The position numbers and the translations under genes were made by a program. Shown piece after piece: positions 12,675-21,133 of a DNA stretch of 64,000 nt (the stretch's first letter is position 1; every line of letters starts with the position of its first letter). A model generated the notes under the pieces. The model worked only from the letters and a program-made list of their open reading frames with translations, had not been told where the DNA came from and made no database searches. The DNA lies in assembly GCA_963752595.1 (NCBI GenBank), contig CAVVYZ010000013.1:185222-249221 (forward strand), read 5' to 3'. This DNA comes from an uncultured delta proteobacterium. Its GTDB lineage: Bacteria; Desulfobacterota; Desulfomonilia; UBA1062.

Positions 12675-14777
12675 ATGAAACGCGCCAAATCGCATGGAAT
12701 CAGGATTTTCGCGCTTTTCCTGGCAATCACCGTTTTTGCCGGATGCAACGATTCCTCCGATTCCTCTCCCTATTCCGCCGCCATTGCCGAAGCCAAAGCC
12801 GCCGCCCGCGAGGCCATGGCCGAGAGCGAAGCCAGCGCCCTTACGCTGGCCCTGGTGGATGGGGAGCGGGTGATCTGGACGGAATCCCTGGGGTATGCCG
12901 ACAGGGCGGCCGGAAAAGCGGCCGGCCCGGAGACCATGTTCGGCATCGGCTCGGTCAGCAAGATGTTTGCAACCATCGCCGTGATGAAGCTGGTGGAACA
13001 GGGCAAGGTATCCCTCGATGAGCCGCTGGTGACCTATCTCCCCGACTTCAGCATGCTCTCCCCGGAATACCGGGACATCACCGTGCGGATGCTCCTGAAC
13101 CATTCGGCGGGCTTTCCGGGCGGGGATATGCGGAACGCCGTGACATCGCAGCCCCCTTCACCGGCTTTGCCGCGCAGGTGATGGAGAGCATGAAGTACCA
13201 GCGCCTCAAGCATGCGCCCGGATACCTGAGCGTTTACAGCAACGACGGCTTCACCATGGTGGAGAACCTGGTGAAGGCGGTCACCGGCAGAAGCTATCCC
13301 GACTATCGTGCAGCAGGAAATCCTGACGCCGCTGGGGATGAACAACAGCCGCTATCCAACGGAGACTGCTGCCTGACGGCTCCTATGCCAGGCCCTATAC
13401 CGGCGAGACGCCCCAGCCCTATACCTCGCTGAACATCTACGCCACCGGCGGGCTCTACGCCACCGCCACCGATATGGGGAAACTGGCCATGATGCTGATC
13501 AACGGGGGGCTGCACGGCTCCCAGCGCATTCTTTCCGCCGCCTCCATCGCGGCCATGGGCCAGGACCAGACCCTGGGATCGTTCAACCCGCTGCCGTCCG
13601 ACATGGTCCGCTACGGCCTCGGATGGGACACGGTCGCACAGGCAGGCCTGAATGCCGTCGGGATCCGGGGATGGCAGAAGGGCGGGGCCATTGACGGGGC
13701 CTTCGGGACCATGTACCGCGCGACCATGATCGTCGCGCCCGACGCGAGACTCGGGGTGGTGGTGATGATGGCCTCGAACAAAATCAGCTCGGATGTGGTG
13801 GAGAAGGTCGCCGAGCGGATACTGCTGCGGGCGCTGGTGGATCGGGGACTCCTGGCGGCAATGCCTCCCGCGCTGCCCCAGAACCCCCTGCCGGTCATCG
13901 TCCCCGACCGCGGAAGAAAAAAGCGCCTTCAGCGGCTATTATGCGTCATCCAGCACATTGTACCGCCTGAGCTTCGCGGCGGATGATTCCATGCTTGTTG
14001 AAAAATACGATGGCACTCTCTGGAAACCGGAGTACCGGGGATTCAAGAAAAGGAGCGACGGCTGGTACGCCGCGGACGGAGACTCCATCAAGGGCGCTGC
14101 GCCTGCTGACGCGTGCGGGACGCGGTTATATCGCGCTTCGCGATCAGGGGGGAGCCGGCCACTACGCTTACACCCTGTCTGACTGGCGCAACGCCTCGAC
14201 GCCAAAAGTCCGATTTCCCCGGCATGGCAGGCGCGCCTCGCCGCCGTCTGGCTGCCGGTGAACGAGGATTTTTTCGCCTCGTTTCCCGACATGGAGGTCG
14301 ATCCCCGCTTTACGTTGAGCGAGGTTGGCGGTTTGCAGGGATACCTCTTTGCAGGGGACGCACATCCTGTGCGACATGATCCCCCCATCGGACAACCGGC
14401 TGGACGGCATGTTCCTGCAGATCCCCCAGCTCAATGGACGGGACCTGGTGGATCTGGCCGTCGAGACATGGGAAAACCAGGAGTGGCTGCGTCTGGGAAG
14501 CACCCTCTACCGCCCGCTCTCCGGGGTTCCGCTTGCCGCAGCCGGGCCGACAACGGTAACGATCGGCAGTGAAGGTCATGCGGAATGGCGGGGATTGCCG
14601 GCCGCGGGCACGGTTTCCATCAACGGCGCAACGGTCTGGAAACTCTTCGACAGCGACTTCAATCAGCTTGCCTTTGGCAGGGGGAGCGGCAGCGCTGCGT
14701 TTTCCGGCGCCGGGAACAAATATCTGATGTTGTTCGGAGCCAAGGGGGCAACGATAACTCTGAATCTGATCCCATAG
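12675..14777 (+). CDS. Serine hydrolase (beta-lactamase/AmpC fold) lipoprotein, frameshifted in this sequence
   Basis: Lipobox FAGC, FGIGSVSK (SxxK), LLNHSAG, YSN and YGLGW...QKGG. Fragments 12675-13181, 13178-13432, 13474-13986 and 14325-14777 tile one gene. Confidence 0.8.
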
Positions 14778-14817
14778 GTTAAAGCATGTCCTCATCAATC
14801 CATTTCGAGGTGACCTT

Positions 14818-16728
14818 ATGATGCATGCCGCCATTCCACCCTTTTCCAAAAGGTTTCGTCTGCTTCTCCCGTTGCTGCTCACCGTCATGACGACTGCGTC
14901 CTGCGGGGACGGAAGCGATGCCACCCTTTACGAAAACACGATCAGTCAGATGACCCCCTTCATCGAACAGCAGATGAAGGACGACAGTGTGACCGGTCTG
15001 GCGATCGCCCTTGTAGACGACCAGAGGGTCGTTTGGGAGCGGGGGTTCGGCTATGCGGATGCCGCCCGCAACGTCTCAGCGACCAAGGACACCCTCTTCG
15101 AAATCGGCTCCAACTCCAAGACCTTCACGGCCTCGCTCGTCATGCAGCTTGCCGAGGCCGGGCGGCTGAGCATCGACGATCCGGTCACCAGGCATTTGCC
15201 GGGATTTGCGATAGGACAGCCCCTGGGCTCATTCCCTTCCCCGGGCGGTCCGATTACCATCCGGACCATGATGAACCACCATGCGGGAATCCCCGGGGAC
15301 CTGCTGAACGGTGCCTTCACGGGCAGTGTCAAGTACCCCGACTACAACGCCCGGCTCATGGCCGCCCTCGCGGGTGAATACGCCGATTACCCCACCAATT
15401 TCCTGCTCGCTTATTCCAATACCGCGATCTCACTCCTGTCGGATGTCGTGGCCGCTGCCTCGGGCCGGAGCTTCAAGGAGCGCAGTCAGCAGTTCTTCGC
15501 TGACCTGGGGATGGACCACTCCACATTTTACCGGGAAAGTGCGACCGTGCCTGCCAATCAGTCCAAGGGATACGTCCTCGGTCAGGAGTACGGGCCCTTC
15601 TACTGCAACATCGAACCGGCGGGATCCATCCTCTCCAGCGCCTCGGACATGGCCAAGTACCTCAAGATGGTCATGGCGGGAGGGATCGGAGAGCGGGGCA
15701 GGGTGCTGAAGAGCGAAACAATCAATACCATACTCACCCGGACGAACAGCTCGGTGGCGCTGGATTACGATACCAGCATCGGCCTCGGCTGGTTCCTCAG
15801 CGACCCGGAAATGGCCTACGCGGGCCGCATCTGCTGGCACAACGGCGGGACGATCCTGATGATGAGCCACATGGAGGTCCTGCGGGACCACAAGCTGGCG
15901 GTGATGGTGATGACCAATTCGATGACCGGCGGGACGGTTGCCGAGAATGTGGCCAAAAAGGCGCTGAAGCTTGCCCTCGAAGAGAAAATGGGTATCAGAC
16001 CACCGGAGCCGCCCGCCCCCGTGCCCTCTCCCATTGTCACCTGGACGGATGCGCAACTGGACGCCGTCGCGGGGATCTATGTCACTGGGTCGGGATACGA
16101 TCTCCTCAACAGGGTCGCCGGAGGCCTGCAATGGACCAGCGGGGCGGGATTGGCCACGGCGGCGTCTGGTTCGCTGCCTGGTACAACCCCACGGTTTTCC
16201 GCGAACCCGGTGATCCGGAAGCCATCTGCGGGGGCCGATGCAGCCGGGAGCGTCCAAAAACTGGTCCCCCGGGCGAACGGTTGGTTTTCCCTCCCCGATT
16301 CCCAGCAGAACCAGTACGAGTTCAAGGAAGTCGAAGGAAGGCGGGTGATGATCGGCCATACCGGCGGCCGCACCAGCCTGCGGGGGGAACGGTATATCCC
16401 CGCGGTGATACCCCCATCCTGGATTGCACGGCTCGGGCGGTACGACCTGGCAAACCTCGACGCGGACGATGCCTCCCGTTACCTCCCCGCGGCCTATCGA
16501 TTGATGAGCTCCGGTATGGAACTCAAGACAAAAAACGGGCTCCTCATCATGGAATGGACGGACGGCGCTCAGTCGGGCCAGCAGTACGTCATCCACCCCC
16601 TCTCCGGCGGTCTGGGCTACCTGCGCGGTCTGGGTCGAAACCTGGGCGGCTCGGTCCAGGCGGTCATTGCGGGGGCGGGAGAAGAGATCCAGTTCCTGGG
16701 GCTGAGGTACGCAAAGCGCCTGAAATAG
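14818..16728 (+). CDS. Serine hydrolase (beta-lactamase/AmpC fold) lipoprotein with C-terminal extension
   Basis: Intact 636-aa ORF with lipobox TASC, FEIGSNSK (SxxK), YSN and WHNGG. Confidence 0.88.
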   Translation: MMHAAIPPFSKRFRLLLPLLLTVMTTASCGDGSDATLYENTISQMTPFIEQQMKDDSVTGLAIALVDDQRVVWERGFGYADAARNVSATKDTLFEIGSNSKTFTASLVMQLAEAGRLSIDDPVTRHLPGFAIGQPLGSFPSPGGPITIRTMMNHHAGIPGDLLNGAFTGSVKYPDYNARLMAALAGEYADYPTNFLLAYSNTAISLLSDVVAAASGRSFKERSQQFFADLGMDHSTFYRESATVPANQSKGYVLGQEYGPFYCNIEPAGSILSSASDMAKYLKMVMAGGIGERGRVLKSETINTILTRTNSSVALDYDTSIGLGWFLSDPEMAYAGRICWHNGGTILMMSHMEVLRDHKLAVMVMTNSMTGGTVAENVAKKALKLALEEKMGIRPPEPPAPVPSPIVTWTDAQLDAVAGIYVTGSGYDLLNRVAGGLQWTSGAGLATAASGSLPGTTPRFSANPVIRKPSAGADAAGSVQKLVPRANGWFSLPDSQQNQYEFKEVEGRRVMIGHTGGRTSLRGERYIPAVIPPSWIARLGRYDLANLDADDASRYLPAAYRLMSSGMELKTKNGLLIMEWTDGAQSGQQYVIHPLSGGLGYLRGLGRNLGGSVQAVIAGAGEEIQFLGLRYAKRLK

Positions 16729-16865
16729 AAATAGGGTAGTCCCTCAGCCAATGCTCCTTTGATTCGGTACTGCGATTGTTACGGCACACGGATTCTTGGG
16801 TGGACCGAATAAGACCCGTAAGCATTTCGTCCGGCAGAGCGCCTGACCGGCAACAGAGGTGATCG

Positions 16866-18224
16866 ATGCAGGAAATGGAACTCTCGAGAGGGAGGAGAGA
16901 GCATCCGCCCTCCAGGCTTTACTTGCAGTATCTTCTGTTGGCGTTCATCTGCATGTCCTTCGGGGCTGCACCACCCTTATTCGGCGCGTCCGATGGAGGA
17001 AAACACCTTTTTGTCCTGCAAAAAACCCGCGCCGCACTGGTGGAATATGCCCTTACGGATTTCCACGAATTGAGATCGATCAAGCTGCCCGATGAGGCGT
17101 TCAACGAAGTGTTTAAGCCGCACGGGGAAATCAATGTCAACGGCAGCGGCCAGGTCCTGATGTCTCTCTATCCGCCGCATCAGGGTCTGCAGCCTCTGGA
17201 ATACTGGTTTGGAGACGGACAAAAATCGCAGGTCATGCCGCCCGAGGCGTCTTTGCATCGTGATGATTACGACCAGGACGGCTACGGACTCCCCCGCCCG
17301 CTCTTGTCGGCGGATGGGAAAAGCCTGTTCTGGTTTGAGACAGCCATGAAGGTGCGGCGGCGGATAGATCGGGGCGGCTACACAGTCCCGGAAGTAGAGG
17401 CGGTATTTCAGGTGCAGCAATCCAACCTGAAAGAGGGGAAGAAAATTCCCATAATCAAAAACATACTGCCGCCCTGTATATGCGAGACGGGTGTCTGCAC
17501 GGAATCCTGCGCCGTCGGTCAGCTATGGTCGCCTTCGGGCATCGTGGATGATTTTTTCTTCGTTACTTACTGGATTCCCGGTCAACTCGGTTCGACTTAC
17601 CAATCCACCTATCTTTTTCAAAAAGATCAGGACAAATGGGCCGGTAAAAGGCTTGAGCCGCCCTGTGAAGTCATCCTCGACGCCCGCGATAACGGCACGA
17701 TGCTCGTGGATGCCGTTCCGGACGGCGGGTGCTGCGGCTGGGTCAATGAGAGTAGTGACCTGACGTATGTCCGCCGCCATGGGCGTAGAACAGAGATTTT
17801 CGACGAGGGCAGGAAGTATGACAATTCCGCCTACGATGTGAGCTTCTTCAGCGCCAACGCGCACCTATCCCCGGATTTATCCATGGTTGCCCATACCATT
17901 GCCTCTTCGATGGCTGCGGACACAAAAGCGGATCAGTTTCGTTTCAGTTCCTCGGTGGAGCAAAATCGGAAAATGCGGCCGGAAGAGGTATCGAGGTTAA
18001 AGGGGATGATCAACCGCCATCCGGTAGTGGAGATCCTTGTCCTGGGCGCTTCGGTCCGGAGGCTGGCTGAAATTGAGAAGGCAACCCTGATCGGCTGGCT
18101 GAATGAAAGGGAGGTCCTGATTTTTCGTGAAAAGAAACTTGCTGTGGTCAATGTTCATGACGGGAAACTGATGAGCATCCTGCCTATCACTGCAGAAACG
18201 GCCGAAAATGTGTTTTTGAGATAG
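16866..18224 (+). CDS. Hypothetical secreted protein with Cys-rich motifs
   Basis: 452-aa ORF with an RBS (AGAGGT), a hydrophobic N-terminal segment, CICETGVCTESC and GGCCGW motifs, and propeller-like SADGK/SPD turns. Confidence 0.7.
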   Translation: MQEMELSRGRREHPPSRLYLQYLLLAFICMSFGAAPPLFGASDGGKHLFVLQKTRAALVEYALTDFHELRSIKLPDEAFNEVFKPHGEINVNGSGQVLMSLYPPHQGLQPLEYWFGDGQKSQVMPPEASLHRDDYDQDGYGLPRPLLSADGKSLFWFETAMKVRRRIDRGGYTVPEVEAVFQVQQSNLKEGKKIPIIKNILPPCICETGVCTESCAVGQLWSPSGIVDDFFFVTYWIPGQLGSTYQSTYLFQKDQDKWAGKRLEPPCEVILDARDNGTMLVDAVPDGGCCGWVNESSDLTYVRRHGRRTEIFDEGRKYDNSAYDVSFFSANAHLSPDLSMVAHTIASSMAADTKADQFRFSSSVEQNRKMRPEEVSRLKGMINRHPVVEILVLGASVRRLAEIEKATLIGWLNEREVLIFREKKLAVVNVHDGKLMSILPITAETAENVFLR

Positions 18225-18287
18225 CCATCGTTGTTCGGAAAACAGGCCTCATGACTCGATGAAAAACGGGGGATCTCCTTAAATCAC

Positions 18288-18316
18288 TTGACACAAGAGC
18301 CGCCCCTTCATATACT
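18288..18316 (+). promoter_or_regulatory. sigma70-type promoter
   Basis: TTGACA-17 bp-TATACT upstream of the MinD-like gene. Confidence 0.75.
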
Positions 18317-18438
18317 CCGTGCGTTCAATACGGATCCCTGTCCATACGCATTCGTCATTTTCGGCAGGAGAAGCGTCGAAAATGCGGTTGATATGATGTC
18401 GAAGTACCATAAACCTTTTGCTTCATAGGCGAAAAGGC

Positions 18439-19377
18439 ATGGAGAGTCCCGTATCCCAGATATGGCCCATCGGCGGCGGAAAGGGGGGAACCGGCAAGAG
18501 TTTCTTTACCGGCAGCCTCGGATTCCTGTTGGCCAAGCATGGATACAAGACGCTTCTCATCGATGTGGACCTGGGTGCGGCAAATCTGCACACGATCGTC
18601 GGCGTTCCCAATCCCCCCAAGAGCATCTCGGACTTCATCAACAAGCGGGTCGGTACGCTCGAGGAAACGGTCGTCTCCACCCCCCTTCCGAACCTCTTTC
18701 TTATCAGCGGGGCGATGAACAATCTCGACATGGCCAACCTCGCCCACGAGCAGAAGATGAAGATTTTGAGGGGCGTGGCCAAGCTCTCCTATGATTACAT
18801 CCTGCTGGATCTTGGCGCCGGGACTTCCTTCAACACGATCGATTTTTTCATGATCTCGAAGACGGGCATATTCATCACCACACCCGAACCGACATCCATC
18901 GAGAACATTTACCGCCTCATCCGCTCCGTCTATTTCCGCAAGATTCATCAGGTGCTCAAGACATATGATTTCAAGGCCCTGGCCGATGAGGCGGAACGAC
19001 GAAATCCGAGGGCCACCGTCAGCAATCCGGATCTCCTCCTGCAGGTCATGGGCGAGCTCGATCCGGAGAAAGGCATGCTCCTGGAGCAGGAGCTGGGGAA
19101 CTTTCATTTCAAGCTGGCGCTCAATCAACTGAGGAAGCAGGACAGCCAAAACATCGGCCCCCTGATCTGCAAGATCATCGAAAAACACCTGGCCCTGCGG
19201 ATGCAGCATATCGGCGACGTCGCCTTCGACGACCGGGTTCACAATGCGATCTGTAAACGGATGCCGTTCCTCGATCTGTATCCCTATACTCAGACCGCCC
19301 TCGATCTTTGGGAATGTTGCCGTAACCTGTTGCCGGCAAAAGAGGCGCATCTGCCCCTGCAGGGGGTCGTGGACTGA
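18439..19377 (+). CDS. MinD/FlhG (ParA superfamily) ATPase
   Basis: Deviant Walker A GGKGGTGKS, LIDVDLGAANLH, ILLDLGAG, TTPEPTSIEN. Confidence 0.9.
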   Translation: MESPVSQIWPIGGGKGGTGKSFFTGSLGFLLAKHGYKTLLIDVDLGAANLHTIVGVPNPPKSISDFINKRVGTLEETVVSTPLPNLFLISGAMNNLDMANLAHEQKMKILRGVAKLSYDYILLDLGAGTSFNTIDFFMISKTGIFITTPEPTSIENIYRLIRSVYFRKIHQVLKTYDFKALADEAERRNPRATVSNPDLLLQVMGELDPEKGMLLEQELGNFHFKLALNQLRKQDSQNIGPLICKIIEKHLALRMQHIGDVAFDDRVHNAICKRMPFLDLYPYTQTALDLWECCRNLLPAKEAHLPLQGVVD

Positions 19378-19399
19378 TTTTGCCTGAAATGAGCCGGAC

Positions 19400-20047
19400 G
19401 TGAAACCGTTCAAAGAACAGAATTACTATGAAGTATTAGAAGTTTCCCCCGATGCGGTGCCGCTGGAAATCCGCCGCGCCTATAAAAAATCATTTACGCT
19501 TTATCAGGACGACTCTATCGCGAGCTACTCGTTTTTTTCAGAAGAAGAAAGACAAGACATCCTTTCCTGCATAGAACAGGCCTATCTGACCTTGATCAAT
19601 CCCGAAGCGCGGGCGGCTTACGATCAAAGCCTCATTACATCCGGTCTCCTGGATGAAGAGAAAACATTTTGCGATAAAACGAAGGAACCGATAGCAATCT
19701 ATGATTTTCAGAAGACCCGCCAGGATAGTACGGCGTCGGCCAGGCGGTCCGATGAATTGAAGTCCCGCGCTGAACAAAATCCGATGATTCGCGATCTCCT
19801 TACCCGGGATACCCTTGCGGGATCCGATTTGCAGAAAATCAGAATGGCCCTGGAAGTGCCTCTGGAAGTGATCGCCGAAAAGACAAACATCCGGATCGAC
19901 ATCCTCCGCGCCATAGAAGCGGAAAATATGGACCTCTTCCCGCCTCTGGTCTATCTGAAAGGTTTTTTAAGGTCTTATTTTCGCTGTCTTGAGTTGGATG
20001 AACGCGTTGTCCTTGATGCCTATCTCAAGAAACTGGGGCTTCATTGA
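19400..20047 (+). CDS. J-like domain + RodZ-type (XRE-like) helix-turn-helix protein
   Basis: The N-terminus NYYEVLEV...EIRRAYKK...IEQAYLTL...RAAYD has a J-domain pattern with no HPD. The C-terminus LQKIR...IAEKTNI...LRAIE...VYLKGFLRSY is a RodZ-like HTH. Confidence 0.8.
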   Translation: MKPFKEQNYYEVLEVSPDAVPLEIRRAYKKSFTLYQDDSIASYSFFSEEERQDILSCIEQAYLTLINPEARAAYDQSLITSGLLDEEKTFCDKTKEPIAIYDFQKTRQDSTASARRSDELKSRAEQNPMIRDLLTRDTLAGSDLQKIRMALEVPLEVIAEKTNIRIDILRAIEAENMDLFPPLVYLKGFLRSYFRCLELDERVVLDAYLKKLGLH

Positions 20048-20050
20048 TCG

Positions 20051-20908
20051 ATGCCGCCATGGCCCCGCCGAGAAGAGACGTACGATATGGATGCAGGACA
20101 GCCTCGGGATAGCGAACTTGAACGGGAACTGGATGGTCTCTATCGGAAGGTTGCCGGTCTCGATCCACCGGGAGACAAACTCAACCGGACGGTATTGGAG
20201 ACGAACGGGAAAACGCCTGCTGCGGCGAATATTCAAAAAACAAGTAGAGCCCGCTCCGTACAAAAAAAGCGGCGCCGATTTCGCATTTCCGGTTTTGATT
20301 GGGTCCTTGCCTTTATCCTTTTGTCCCTTGGCGCGATTTTTATTCTCTCCATGCCGGGGATGTACCATCATGGAACCATTCATTTCCGGGGGACTGCCTA
20401 TCCGCTGAAGACCCACCGGCTGACGGGAGAAGCGCGATATTATAACGGGAAAGAATGGCTTCGACCTCCCGCCGACACCGGGGTCATTGCACTCCCGGCG
20501 GAAGCACCGAAGAATCAAGCCGCTGCGCCCCTGCCGGTCGAACCCCCACCTGTTGAAGAAAAAGGGAAGACCCTTGCGGAACTGCCTGTCGCCGATACCC
20601 CGGCGAAAGACCGACGGGGAGGATACGCCATACAGATCCGGGCGTATCCCGAAGACCAAAAGCAAAACGCACTGACGTTTCTGGAGGATATGCGGAAAAA
20701 GGCGCCCGATGTCTCGATGGAGACGGTTTCTATCCCGGGGCGCGGCGTTTGGCACAGGATCCTGCTCGGCAATTTTTCGACGGCCGAAGAGGCCGCTGAA
20801 TATCAGAAGAACGATGAAGCGGTGCGTGAACATCCCTACAGTTTTATCCAGAAAAGACAAGGGAGCGGTCCTGTTTCTGTTCCCGCCATCGGAAAGCCCC
20901 CAACCTGA
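20051..20908 (+). CDS. Bitopic membrane protein with C-terminal SPOR domain
   Basis: Basic patch KKRRR, one TM helix, a Pro/Ala linker, then YAIQIRAY...GVWHRILLGNFSTAEEA (SPOR). The start may be ATG 20087. Confidence 0.8.
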   Translation: MPPWPRREETYDMDAGQPRDSELERELDGLYRKVAGLDPPGDKLNRTVLETNGKTPAAANIQKTSRARSVQKKRRRFRISGFDWVLAFILLSLGAIFILSMPGMYHHGTIHFRGTAYPLKTHRLTGEARYYNGKEWLRPPADTGVIALPAEAPKNQAAAPLPVEPPPVEEKGKTLAELPVADTPAKDRRGGYAIQIRAYPEDQKQNALTFLEDMRKKAPDVSMETVSIPGRGVWHRILLGNFSTAEEAAEYQKNDEAVREHPYSFIQKRQGSGPVSVPAIGKPPT

Positions 20909-21133
20909 TCGCGATTTTCGGGTCTTAAGAAGACAGCCCTCCGCGCGGAGGCGGCGCCTTCCGCCGTGACATACAGGACAAGGAATGATCCGCGAACCGT
21001 CAGCGGGACCGGAATTGGGGTGTGGACTTCTCTGCTTATAAGTGATAGGCCCTGCTTCGAAGTCAAGGGCATGGTGACGATCTTCTGATGGAACGAAAGG
21101 GGCTCTGCCTCTTTTGAGCTATTGAGAGGGAAA

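Noticed and set aside
12675-16728. Calling the serine hydrolases antibiotic-resistance beta-lactamases
   Set aside because: Only fold-level motifs are visible. Large lipoproteins of this family are commonly esterases or peptidases.
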